A DNA stretch of 64,000 nt from Candidatus Izemoplasmatales bacterium (GTDB lineage: Bacteria; Bacillota_I; Bacilli_A; Izemoplasmatales; Hujiaoplasmataceae): the NCBI GenBank assembly GCA_050949045.1, contig JBMNEZ010000001.1, positions 896,001 through 960,000 on the forward strand. The letters run 5' to 3'. The notes below the pieces were generated by a model, which saw only the letters and a list, made by a program, of their open reading frames with translations, made no database searches and had not been told where the DNA came from. Positions 20,522 to 30,435 of the stretch are shown here, piece by piece. Numbering within the stretch: position 1 is the first letter of the stretch; each line of letters opens with the position of its first letter. The translations under genes and the position numbers were made by a program.

Positions 20522-23500
20522 TCAAATTATCTCAGAATAATCCATCGCCGCGTAGCGTTTATACATCTGGTAGCGCCGTTTCGCATCCTTGAGATTTGTT
20601 TCGTACAGCCTCTCGGCGGCTTCCGGATCACTGTGTTTCAGTTGACGATAACGGTTTTCTCGCATCAGGAATTCTTTGTATTTCGACCAATCCGGTTCTT
20701 TCCGCATATCGAGCTGGAAGGGGTTCTTGCCCTCGCTGATCAAGCGCGGGTCATAGCGGAAGATTGGCCAATAACCGCATTCGGTCGCGAGTTTGGCCTC
20801 GTTGTGCGAATTGCCGAGACCGCCGGCAATGCCGTGGGCGATACAAGGCGAATAGGCGATGATGAGCGACGGGCCATGGTATGATTCTGCCTCTTTCATC
20901 GCTTTTAGAAGTTGGGCGGGGTTGGCCCCGTGGCTGACAGTGGCCACATAGACACTCTCGTAGGTCATCGCGAGCGAGGCGAGGTCTTTCTTCTTGGTCG
21001 GTTTCCCGGCAGCGGTAAACTTGGCGATCGAGCCGGTCCTTGCGGCTTTGGAGGATTGGCCGCCGGTATTGGAGTAGACTTCGGTGTCGAGAACGAGGAT
21101 GTTCACGTCCTCGTTGTTGGCGATGACATGATCGAGACCGCCGTAACCGATGTCGTAAGCCCAGCCGTCGCCGCCGATGATCCAGTTCGACTGCTTGACG
21201 AAGTAATGCTTGTATTCCTGGAGTTCAGTAGCGAAGTCAGAGCCATCCTCATCGAGCAGAGGCAAGATCTTACGTGATAATTCCAGCGTTTTCTCGCCGT
21301 CTTCCCTCACTTCGATCCATTCCCTTAACAAACCCTCGAGTTCTTTGTTTTTGAGTTCTTTGCCTTTTTCGATGATCAGATTCTGCAGGCGGTCACGGAT
21401 CGTATTCTGCGCAATGACCATTCCGAAACCATATTCGGCATTGTCCTCGAACAGCGAATTGGCCCAAGCCGGGCCTCTGCCTTCGGCGTTCTTGGTATAG
21501 GGCGAGGTCGGGAAGGAGCCTCCGTAAATGGACGAACAGCCGGTGGCGTTCGCGACGACCATGCGTTCGCCGAAGAGTTGAGTGACGAATTTGACATAGG
21601 GGGTCTCCCCACAGCCGCCGCAAGCTCCCGAAAACTCAAACAGCGGTTTCTCAAATTGGACATTCTTGACCGTGTTTTTATCGATAAGTCCGGTTTTTGG
21701 CGTGATTTTGTTATAGAGATACTCGGCTCTCACGTGCTGCTTATTTGCGATCTCTTCGGTTAAAGGCGTCAATTTCAAGGCCTTGTTCAAAGCCGGGCAG
21801 GTATTGATACAAACAGAGCAGCCGGTGCAGTCCAGAATCGATACCTGGATGCGGTATTTGAGCCCTTTGAGCGCCGGGCCGTTGGCATCGCGCCAGACTG
21901 TGCCCTCGGGAGCCTTGGCCGCTTCTTCCTCGGTGGCGAGAATCGGACGGATGCAGGCGTGCGGGCAGGAATAAGCGCATAGGTTGCACTGGATGCAATT
22001 CTCGGCGATCCAGGTCGACACCTCCTCGGCGACGCCGCGTTTCTCATAAGCGGCCGTCCCGGCGGGAATCGAACCGTCCTCATAGCCGAGAAAAGCGCTT
22101 GTCGGCAAGTCGTAGCCTTTGATGGCGTTGACGACATCGGCGATGTTCTTGACGAAATCGGGCCGGTTGGGATCATGATATGTGTTGATGGGCAGGTTTT
22201 TCCATTCGGGTTTGACTTTGATCTCGATCAACCCGTCGGCGCCACGGTCGACGGCCTCATAGTTCATTTGAACGATTCTTTCGCCTTTGCTATGAAAAGT
22301 CTTCTCGGCAAAGGCCTTCATCGCATCTTGGGCCTTCTCATAGGGCATGATTCTTTCATTGAGTTTGAAGAAAGCCGATTGCATGATCGTCGAAACCAGT
22401 TTGACTTCGCCGATCTCCTTGGCGAGTTTGTAGGCGTCGATGATGAAGAGCCTGGCGCCCTTCCGGGCGAGGGTCTTCTTGACATCGTTGGGGAGATAAG
22501 CCTCGATGCCGTCTTCCCCCTGGCTGGTCGAAAGCAGGAAGATACCGCCTCTGCGGATCCCGCGGATCATCTCGAAGCGGTGGGTGTAGCTCTCCTGCGA
22601 GCAGGAGACGAAGTGCGGTTCATTGACGAGATAGGTCGAGCGGATTGGATTCTTGCCGAACCGGAGATGCATCCTCGTGACGCCTCCCGATTTCTTCGAA
22701 TCGTAGGAAGCATAAGCCTGACCGTAAAGATCGGTATAGTCGCCGATGATCTTGGAAATATTCTTGACGGCGCTGACGGTGCCGTCGGAGCCGAGTCCGA
22801 AGAAGAGCAACTCCGCCGTATTGGGATCGGCGACATCGGGAGTCTCCTCAAGATCGAGGTTGGTGAAGTTGACATCGTCGACGATGCCAATGGTGAAACG
22901 GTCTTTCATCTCTCCCGCAAGATTCTTATAAACGGCGAAGAACTGTTGCGGAGTGGCGTCCTTGCTTGAAAGCCCGTAACGGCCGCCGATGATCACCGGT
23001 TGGCTCTTCTTACCATAGAACAGAGCTTTGACATCAAGATAAAGCGGGTCGCCGATCGCTCCCGGTTCTTTGGTCCTGTCCAAAACGGCGATGCGCTTGA
23101 CAGTCTTGGGCAACACCTTTAAGAAATACTTTTCGGAAAAGGGACGATAGAGATGGACACTGATCAGGCCGACCTTTTCGCCTTGAGATGTCTTGAAATC
23201 GACGACCTCGCGGATCGTCTCGGTCGCCGAGCCCATAGCAACGATGATGTCGGTCGCATCCTCGGCGCCGTAGTAGGTGAAGGGTTTGTATTCTCTTCCG
23301 GTTGCTTTCGTGATCTCCTGGAGATATTCGGCAACAACATCGGCTACCGGTATGTAATACTTCTCCTGGACTTCCTTTGCTTGGAAATAAACATCGTCGT
23401 TTTGCGCCGTGCCCTTGGTCATCGGGTTGCCGGAATTGAGAGCGCGGGCGCGGAATTCCCTGACCTTGTCCCAGTCGAGCAGTTTGGCGAATAGCTCGTA

Positions 23501-24067
23501 GTCGAGTACTTCGATTTTATTGACTTCATGGCTGGTCCTGAAACCGTCGAAAAAATGCAGAAACGGCAGACTCGTCTTAATCGCCGAAAGATGGGCGACG
23601 CCGGCAAGGTCCATCACTTCCTGGACGGAACCCGAGGCTAGGATGCAAAAGCCTGTCGGTCGGGCGGCCATGACGTCCTGATGGTCGCCGAAGATCGACA
23701 AAGCATGAGCGGCGATCGAGCGAGCGGCGACATGGATGACGCCGGGAAGCAGTTCGCCGGCGATTTTATACATATTCGGCAGTTTGAGCAACAAGCCCTG
23801 GGAAGCCGTGAATGTCGATGTCAGGGCTCCGGCCATCAGCGAACCGTGGACGGTGCCGGCGGCGCCGGCCTCCGATTGCATCTCTACGACCTTGACCGGC
23901 ATTCCGAACAGGTTTTTCTTGCCTTCGGCTGCCCACTGGTCGACATATTCGGCCATCGTGGACGATGGAGTGATCGGATAGATACCCGCCACTTCGGAAA
24001 ACGCGTAAGCGCAGTACGCCGCGGCCTGGTTGCCATCCATAGATTGATAGATTTTTTTCTTTGCCAA
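20522..24067 (-). CDS. nifJ: pyruvate:ferredoxin (flavodoxin) oxidoreductase
   Basis: YPITPSS, EMQSEAGAAG, two CxxCxxCxxxCP motifs, GACGGCGE, GGDGWAYDIG; TTG start after GGAGG. Confidence 0.97.
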   Translation of the reverse strand: MAKKKIYQSMDGNQAAAYCAYAFSEVAGIYPITPSSTMAEYVDQWAAEGKKNLFGMPVKVVEMQSEAGAAGTVHGSLMAGALTSTFTASQGLLLKLPNMYKIAGELLPGVIHVAARSIAAHALSIFGDHQDVMAARPTGFCILASGSVQEVMDLAGVAHLSAIKTSLPFLHFFDGFRTSHEVNKIEVLDYELFAKLLDWDKVREFRARALNSGNPMTKGTAQNDDVYFQAKEVQEKYYIPVADVVAEYLQEITKATGREYKPFTYYGAEDATDIIVAMGSATETIREVVDFKTSQGEKVGLISVHLYRPFSEKYFLKVLPKTVKRIAVLDRTKEPGAIGDPLYLDVKALFYGKKSQPVIIGGRYGLSSKDATPQQFFAVYKNLAGEMKDRFTIGIVDDVNFTNLDLEETPDVADPNTAELLFFGLGSDGTVSAVKNISKIIGDYTDLYGQAYASYDSKKSGGVTRMHLRFGKNPIRSTYLVNEPHFVSCSQESYTHRFEMIRGIRRGGIFLLSTSQGEDGIEAYLPNDVKKTLARKGARLFIIDAYKLAKEIGEVKLVSTIMQSAFFKLNERIMPYEKAQDAMKAFAEKTFHSKGERIVQMNYEAVDRGADGLIEIKVKPEWKNLPINTYHDPNRPDFVKNIADVVNAIKGYDLPTSAFLGYEDGSIPAGTAAYEKRGVAEEVSTWIAENCIQCNLCAYSCPHACIRPILATEEEAAKAPEGTVWRDANGPALKGLKYRIQVSILDCTGCSVCINTCPALNKALKLTPLTEEIANKQHVRAEYLYNKITPKTGLIDKNTVKNVQFEKPLFEFSGACGGCGETPYVKFVTQLFGERMVVANATGCSSIYGGSFPTSPYTKNAEGRGPAWANSLFEDNAEYGFGMVIAQNTIRDRLQNLIIEKGKELKNKELEGLLREWIEVREDGEKTLELSRKILPLLDEDGSDFATELQEYKHYFVKQSNWIIGGDGWAYDIGYGGLDHVIANNEDVNILVLDTEVYSNTGGQSSKAARTGSIAKFTAAGKPTKKKDLASLAMTYESVYVATVSHGANPAQLLKAMKEAESYHGPSLIIAYSPCIAHGIAGGLGNSHNEAKLATECGYWPIFRYDPRLISEGKNPFQLDMRKEPDWSKYKEFLMRENRYRQLKHSDPEAAERLYETNLKDAKRRYQMYKRYAAMDYSEII

Positions 24068-24180
24068 GATTATTACCTCCAATGTGATCAACTTTAGTGT
24101 CGGTCTATACGATAATTATTATACCTTAATTTCCCTTCTTTAACAATCGAAAAAAAAACGGATTTGAATCGATCGATCGC

Positions 24181-24969
24181 CTAGATCTCGATTTCCTCGA
24201 GAGGTTGGTCCTGATAGGCGCATATGAGTCTAAACCGCGATAGATCCACCCCTCGGTCGCGAAAGACTTTCCGGTAGGTTTCCAGGGCGATGTCAATGGT
24301 ATTGCACTCCTCGGAAAGATGGGCGAGAACGATCGTCTTCGTCTTGTCGCCTAAGATGCTTGTCATCAAGTAGGCGCTGTCCTCGTTCGAGAGATGGCCA
24401 TGGTCGTCGAGGATTCGCTTTTTGAGCAACCAGGGTCGGTCCGATTCGAGCAGGAGCTCGGGATCATGGTTGCTTTCGATCAGATAAAGATCGGCATTGC
24501 GAATATCATCGAAGCCTTGCCTTGGAAAATACCCGGTATCGGTCAAATAGACAAAGGCTTTTTCCCCGTCGGAAAAGCGGTACCCGCAGGGTTCCAGGGC
24601 ATCGTGAAAACTGGGAAACGCCATCACGGAGAAACCATCCAAGGCGAGATTCTTATTATAGGCGACATAGTCGACGAGCGACTTGTCAAGATTGGCGCGG
24701 ATCCTCAAGGGAAGGTTGCTGAAGGTCCCCTTGGTGAGGAAAATTCGCGGATAGTACTTGTTCACGATCGTCATCAGGCCGACGATATGGTCGGTATGCT
24801 CGTGCGTGAGAAAGATATAGTCGAGCATAGGCAAGCTTTTACCGACCTGTCTGAGTCTTGAGACCAGTTGGCGATGGGAAATGCCGGCGTCGATCAAGAG
24901 AGACTTCCCGCCGATTTCAAGAAGAGTGGCGTTGCCACCGGATCCACTCGCAAGCACCGTCAGTTTCAT
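24181..24969 (-). CDS. MBL-fold metallohydrolase, YycJ/WalJ-like
   Basis: LASGSGGN, THEHTDH, HDA, TDTG, ESNHD, GHLSN, HLSEECN. Confidence 0.9.
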   Translation of the reverse strand: MKLTVLASGSGGNATLLEIGGKSLLIDAGISHRQLVSRLRQVGKSLPMLDYIFLTHEHTDHIVGLMTIVNKYYPRIFLTKGTFSNLPLRIRANLDKSLVDYVAYNKNLALDGFSVMAFPSFHDALEPCGYRFSDGEKAFVYLTDTGYFPRQGFDDIRNADLYLIESNHDPELLLESDRPWLLKKRILDDHGHLSNEDSAYLMTSILGDKTKTIVLAHLSEECNTIDIALETYRKVFRDRGVDLSRFRLICAYQDQPLEEIEI

Positions 24970-25037
24970 GTCATCACATCCGCCCCTTATTATATAACAG
25001 ATAGCGTGAAACCCAACAAAAAAAGAAAACTTTGAAG

Positions 25038-25679
25038 TCATTCCTTCAAAGTCTTCCCATCTTTTTCCTTTTTCAGTTTCCTAAGTCTTTCAAGTTCAGC
25101 CTGGACCATTTTCTCCTTGCTTTCCTGAACGATCCGGTTTTTATGGAGAGCCACCTCTTTGACGATGTTCGTCACCTCGACGATTGCGATCATCAGGAAC
25201 ACGAGGATCACGATCGCGTAGATGAAATTGACCGAGCCGGAGAAGACAAGTCGGTACACTTTTCCCAAAAAAGTTGATTTCCCGACATACTTCCCGATGA
25301 TATGATCCTCACTGAAGCCGATCTCCCAATCGAGCGATTCGAAGTTGTTGACGCCTTTGGTCGTGTAGAGCTTGCCTGTGGGCGTTTCAACGATGTCGAT
25401 TATCTGGTGGGTGATGATGTTTTGTTCCTCGCCCGGCTGGCGGAAAGTGATGATGTCTTCTTCATTGAAGTCTTTTGTGGCCGTGTTGACAAAGATGAGG
25501 TCACCGGTCATGATGACGTCCTCCATCGAAGGAGACACAACAAGAAACATGCCGTAGCCGAAAATCGTCGGCGTCTTCTCGTTCTTGAGCGAGATGACGA
25601 TCTGGACGATCAAAGCAATCGCCAGGAAGAGAAAAAGAAAAGGAAGGAAGTTTAAGATTTTCAGTCCGATTCTTTTCAC
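25038..25679 (-). CDS. sipW: SipW-type (S26B) signal peptidase I
   Basis: N-terminal TM, V.S.SM...I.TGD, ITH.I (Ser-His type), TKGVNN...D, C-terminal TM. Confidence 0.85.
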   Translation of the reverse strand: MKRIGLKILNFLPFLFLFLAIALIVQIVISLKNEKTPTIFGYGMFLVVSPSMEDVIMTGDLIFVNTATKDFNEEDIITFRQPGEEQNIITHQIIDIVETPTGKLYTTKGVNNFESLDWEIGFSEDHIIGKYVGKSTFLGKVYRLVFSGSVNFIYAIVILVFLMIAIVEVTNIVKEVALHKNRIVQESKEKMVQAELERLRKLKKEKDGKTLKE

Positions 25680-25702
25680 TTTTTCCCTCCTTATCCAGTT
25701 GA

Positions 25703-26332
25703 TTACGGCAATGGATCTCCGGTTTCAAAATCATAGGCGGCCAGTTCCGACCATGTGACATGGTCCGCCTGCTTCACTTCAATCGTGACTTTGACCTCGA
25801 TCGATTCGTTCTGATAATCGGAGCTCGTCTTGTAGCCGTCGAAGTAGATACTGTCGATGATCCCGATCAGTCCCGATTCCGCAACTATGACATGATCATA
25901 GTCTTCATAGTACCAGTAGTCGTCCTCATTTTCGCCCGGTGTAACATCGCCGTCACCCAGTGTGAAGGTTGAGGTGAAATTGACCACCAGATGGTCGTCA
26001 TCGTCGTTTTTATAAACGTAGTCCTCTTCGGGTGTGACTATATCGTTTACGATCGTGACCCGCGTATAGGTGATCTTCAAGCGTAACTGTGAAGTTACCG
26101 GAGAAGCGTTGATGATTTCGATATCCTCTGCGATCAACTCCTGTCCGGGAACGATGATCGATTCAGTCACAAAAGCACCGTCAAGACCGTAGCGGAGATC
26201 GCCGACCGCTACGCTCCCGCCGGGCAGCGTTGTGCTGTAGACGAACCAACCGTAGGTGATGCCGAGGATTCCGAGAGCGGCGAGAATCAGGAATCCCGAA
26301 ACTGTCACGATGGCGAGTATCAGTTTTTTCAT
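25703..26332 (-). CDS. SipW-substrate secreted protein (TasA/CalY-like)
   Basis: Signal peptide ending GITYGWF, then VAVGDL, IVPGQEL...IINASP, and C-terminal YQN......IEVKQA. Confidence 0.7.
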   Translation of the reverse strand: MKKLILAIVTVSGFLILAALGILGITYGWFVYSTTLPGGSVAVGDLRYGLDGAFVTESIIVPGQELIAEDIEIINASPVTSQLRLKITYTRVTIVNDIVTPEEDYVYKNDDDDHLVVNFTSTFTLGDGDVTPGENEDDYWYYEDYDHVIVAESGLIGIIDSIYFDGYKTSSDYQNESIEVKVTIEVKQADHVTWSELAAYDFETGDPLP

Positions 26333-26343
26333 CTCGTCACCGC

Positions 26344-26958
26344 CTAAGGATTCACGCCGGAAATCATGATTCCGGAGATCTCGAGAGCGTGGTTTTGGTA
26401 TTGGTTGTTCGCAGTGTCGCTCACTTGGAGCGAAAAATTGAGAATGCCTACTTCTTCTGTATCGAGATACATGTTCCCGACGAGATAAAGATGCGAGGTC
26501 GTGAAATACTCCGGCTCGATTTCCGGTAGGAGATCGATTAGGTATTCATCCTCGATTTCTTCTTCGTTGACGTCATTGGCGGCATTAAGGACGACTTTTT
26601 CGAGGAGGTTGACCTCGTTGTCATAGTCGATCTCGCTATTGTTCGGCACATCTTCAAAACCGTGGAGGCTGACTTTGACATAAACTTCCGTCCCACCTAC
26701 ATTCTCGATAGTCAGGCGATAGTATTTGATGGTTCCCGGAACCGCGTTTTCAAGCGCTATTCCCTCGGCTTCGCTGTATTCGATTCCGTCGTCCGAGACT
26801 TCGAGCGTCGCCGTGACCTCAAGGTTTATCACTTCTATTGTCGGCCCCAATACATCGATGAGCCCGCTGACTGCAAACCAAGCGAAAGTGGCGAAAACAA
26901 ATAAAAACACTGACGATATCAAGGCGATCCACGATAAAGTCACTCGTTTTTTGAGCAT
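26344..26958 (-). CDS. SipW-substrate secreted protein (TasA/CalY-like)
   Basis: Signal peptide ending ATFAWF; NAVPG...YYRLTIENVG; ANNQYQN. Confidence 0.75.
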   Translation of the reverse strand: MLKKRVTLSWIALISSVFLFVFATFAWFAVSGLIDVLGPTIEVINLEVTATLEVSDDGIEYSEAEGIALENAVPGTIKYYRLTIENVGGTEVYVKVSLHGFEDVPNNSEIDYDNEVNLLEKVVLNAANDVNEEEIEDEYLIDLLPEIEPEYFTTSHLYLVGNMYLDTEEVGILNFSLQVSDTANNQYQNHALEISGIMISGVNP

Positions 26959-26990
26959 GTTTTCACCTCATTCTCTCCTGGGTTCAAGTA

Positions 26991-28280
26991 TCAAAGCCGC
27001 TCTTCTTCTCTATTATTGACTGGCTTTGTTTTAGCACTGTTGCTTTGTTTTTGCTTTTTTTCAGATTCGGCCTGTTCGAGGACTTGCTTCGCTTTCTCGA
27101 GTTGGCGTTTCTTTTCTTCTTCTGCTTGAAGCTTCTTTTTTTTCTCGGCTTCCTTTTGGATTTTTTCTTTCTGACGTTCGCGGGCTTTTTTCTCGGCTTC
27201 GATTTTCCTTAGTTTCTTAAGCTCGCCTTGAAGATTGCGAAGATTGAGGAGGGCGATCGCCTTGTTGGTCGAGAATTGGCGCATGTCGTCCCTCTTGATT
27301 TTTTCGATCTGACGGTATACTTCAAGAGCTTTTTTCTGGATTTGAATCTTATCCTCAAGGGTAGCCGCCTCTTCAGTGCTGTACGCGTGTTTAATGTAAT
27401 CCTCATAAACGGCGGTGTTTATCGCGTTGATCTGCTGGAAGACGATATCGATCGCCTGATTCATCGGCACGCCGGCTTCCCTAAGCGTCTTGAAGCGGGA
27501 GAGGTTGCTGCCGCGAATTTGGTCAAGGTAGTATTGATTGAGCTGGTTGTTTTCAAACTCGTAATATCCGGGTTGGATGTGCTGGTCGTTCGGATCGGTT
27601 TTTTTGATCCGCGGCCGCTTGATCTTGCGGTATTCAAAAGGAGAATCTTGGGAGATCAGGAAGTCGTCTTCCTGATAGTTGGCAATTGTCGCGTACAATA
27701 CCATTAATGTATTTACGATATCTTTGAGATAATCGTCTTTGAAGTCGATTACCCTTTCGAACACGTCGATGTCGTAGCCGATCTGATCGACCTGATCCAT
27801 CAACACCCAAAGGTAGTAACATTGTCTGAAATCCGGGTTTTTCATGATGATGTTGGTCTTCATGATCGGCGGTGTCACCGGAGCGTAATCGCGCATCTCT
27901 TGCATGAACGAGGACATTTTGATATTGGTGGCTGCCTTGCGCATATTCGTCATCCGGTCAAAGAGCTCCTGGTTCCTTTTGTCGACCTCATCGTTCGGCA
28001 CCGTCTTGTTGATCCGCATCGTGATGTCGTATTCGATCTCGGCCTCGTTCCATTCGACATCGGATTTGATGTTGAAATAGTTGACATACTCGGTGCGCAT
28101 CTTCTTGACGATCAGATCGTAACGCTTTTCGATGAAGATGTAAACCTTGTCGATGAGCGAGCGCAAAAACCGGTTCTCGTAGGTGCCGAGATCGGCTTCA
28201 TAGTAGAATGAAAGTACTTTTGAAGGCTTGACCATGCCGTCTTCATCAATCTCTTTAATCAGCTGCGTGTTCATCCGCAA
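26991..28280 (-). pseudogene. DUF2357-like protein, apparently lacking its 5' end
   Basis: TYENRF and KTNIIMKNPDFRQCYYLW motifs, charged coiled-coil tail; no RBS, and an in-frame TGA plus a terminator hairpin lie immediately upstream. Confidence 0.55.
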
Positions 28281-28289
28281 ATATCATTT

Positions 28290-28318
28290 AAAGATATCGT
28301 TGCGAACGATATCAAAAA
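28290..28318 (-). terminator. hairpin after the SDR gene
   Basis: GATATCGTT-GCG-AACGATATC perfect 9-bp stem. Confidence 0.6.
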
Positions 28319-28340
28319 CGGTTGAAAGTTTTTTTAACCA

Positions 28341-29060
28341 TTAAAGGCGCATTCCGCCATTGACGTTGATGGTTTGGCCGGTGATGTAGGAAGCGTCTTT
28401 TGAAGCCAGAAACAATGCGACCTTGGCGATTTCTTCCGGTTGTCCCAGGCGCTTCAACATCGTGAGCGAGGCAAACTTGTCCAACAAGTCTTGCGGAACG
28501 GTCTTTAGAATATCGGTCATAATATAGCCGGGAGCGATCGCGTTGACCCTGACGGGTACGCCCTTGCGGGCGAATTCCTTCGCCCAGGTCATCGTCAGAC
28601 CGATCAATCCGGCTTTCGAAGCCGCGTAGTTGGCCTGGCCGATGTTACCGTAGACTCCTACGACCGAGGAGATGTTGATGATGGAGCCGCCGCCTTGTTC
28701 TTCCATCTGGGGGCCGACGTAGCGGACGAGATTGAAGACGCCCTTGAGATTGACGTCAAGGACGAGGTCCCATTGCTCGTCGGTCATCTTTCTCGTCATC
28801 GAGTCACGGGTGATCCCGGCGTTGTTGACGAGGATATCGATATGCCCGTATTTTTCCATCACTTGATCATAAAGGCGCTTGCAACCTTCGATATCAGTCA
28901 CGTCAAGCTCATAGGGAAAAACGTTTTCCATCGCATAAGACATCTGCCCCGTGTCGGCGGCGATGACGATCGCGCCTTCTTTGGCAAATGTTTTGGCGAT
29001 CTCGGCGCCGATGCCTTTGGCACCGCCGGTGACGATCGCAATCTTGTCTTTCAGTTTCAT
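28341..29060 (-). CDS. 3-oxoacyl-ACP / acetoacetyl-CoA reductase (FabG/PhaB-like SDR)
   Basis: TGGAKGIG, NNAGITRD, GNIGQANYAASK, NGGM. Confidence 0.9.
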   Translation of the reverse strand: MKLKDKIAIVTGGAKGIGAEIAKTFAKEGAIVIAADTGQMSYAMENVFPYELDVTDIEGCKRLYDQVMEKYGHIDILVNNAGITRDSMTRKMTDEQWDLVLDVNLKGVFNLVRYVGPQMEEQGGGSIINISSVVGVYGNIGQANYAASKAGLIGLTMTWAKEFARKGVPVRVNAIAPGYIMTDILKTVPQDLLDKFASLTMLKRLGQPEEIAKVALFLASKDASYITGQTINVNGGMRL

Positions 29061-29072
29061 AATCATTTCTCC

Positions 29073-30275
29073 TTATCGTTTCAAAATCAGGGCTGTTCCC
29101 ATCCCGCCGCCGATGCAGAGGCTGGCCAAGCCGAGACTCAGGTTCTGTTTGATCATCTCGTGGATCAAAGTGACGACGATCCGGTTTCCCGAAGCGCCGA
29201 CGGGATGGCCGAGGGCGATGGCGCCGCCACTGGGGTTCGTCTTGGCCAGAATGGCCTTTTTCGTCAATCCGTGCTCTTTAGACAGTTCTTTGACCACCCC
29301 CAGAGATTGGGCAGCGAAAGCCTCATTGAGTTCGATGATCTCGATGTCTGATAATTTCAGTCCGGCGTGCTTGAGAGCCTCCCTGATTGCCGGGACCGGT
29401 CCCAAACCCATGTAATTGGGATCGAGAGCGCCCTGGCCAACGCCGATAATCTCACAAAGGACCGGCAGTTGATGCTTCTTAACCATCTTCTCCGAGGCGA
29501 TGATCGTGAAACTGGCGCCGTCGTTGATCCCGGAGGCGTTGCCGGCGGTGACGGAGCCGTCTTTTTTGAATGCCGGGCGAAGTTTCGCCAACTTATCGGG
29601 CGAAGTCGTCCGATTGGGATATTCATCCCTGGCAAAAAGGAACGTTTCCTTGCGGGTTTGGATCTCGATCGGCACGATCTCTTGATCGAATCTGCCCGAG
29701 TCGACGGCTTTGATCGCCTTTTCTTGGGATTGATAGGCGAAGTCGTCCTGCTCTTCCCTGGTGATATTGTATTTTTCGGCGATGTTCTCAGCGGTGATGC
29801 CCATATGCATCTGCCCGAAGGCATCGGTCAAGGCATCATAGATCAGATGGTCGACCATGGTCTGGTCGCCCATTTTGATGCCCTCGCGGATCTTGGGATT
29901 AACAAGATAAGGTGCGCGCGTCATCGACTCGACGCCCCCGGCGACGATCAGTTCTGTCAATCCCGACCTGATGCCGGCAAAGGCATTGATGATCGCTTTC
30001 ATCCCGGACCCGCAAACCATGTTGAGCGAATAGGCGGGAACGCTGTCGGGAATTCCGGCCTTGATGGAGATCTGCCGGGCTATCCCCTGCCCGATTCCCG
30101 CCGGAAGGATGTTACCGACGATGACCTCGCTTATTTCCGCGACGGGCACTTTGGTCTCCTCAAGCAGCACCTTTAAGACTCGGGCTCCGAGATCGGCCGG
30201 ATGGACGTCTTTCAAAGAGCCCATAAAGGCGCCGATCGGACTGCGCTTCGCGCCGATAAGATATACTTTTTCCAT
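29073..30275 (-). CDS. acetyl-CoA C-acetyltransferase (thiolase)
   Basis: NMVCGSG, NEAFAAQ, GHPVGASG, SLCIGGGMG. Confidence 0.95.
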   Translation of the reverse strand: MEKVYLIGAKRSPIGAFMGSLKDVHPADLGARVLKVLLEETKVPVAEISEVIVGNILPAGIGQGIARQISIKAGIPDSVPAYSLNMVCGSGMKAIINAFAGIRSGLTELIVAGGVESMTRAPYLVNPKIREGIKMGDQTMVDHLIYDALTDAFGQMHMGITAENIAEKYNITREEQDDFAYQSQEKAIKAVDSGRFDQEIVPIEIQTRKETFLFARDEYPNRTTSPDKLAKLRPAFKKDGSVTAGNASGINDGASFTIIASEKMVKKHQLPVLCEIIGVGQGALDPNYMGLGPVPAIREALKHAGLKLSDIEIIELNEAFAAQSLGVVKELSKEHGLTKKAILAKTNPSGGAIALGHPVGASGNRIVVTLIHEMIKQNLSLGLASLCIGGGMGTALILKR

Positions 30276-30435
30276 CAAGAAACCCTCCTAATTGTCAGAT
30301 ACCACGATATCGAATGGTCCTCTTTCCGGCACCATTCGATCATTAAAAAACGAGATTGATGTGATAATGAAGATTATTCGGTTGCGGTGTTTCAAATAAC
30401 GAAAGAATAGTTCTACCTTCTGACAAGTTTTTTAG

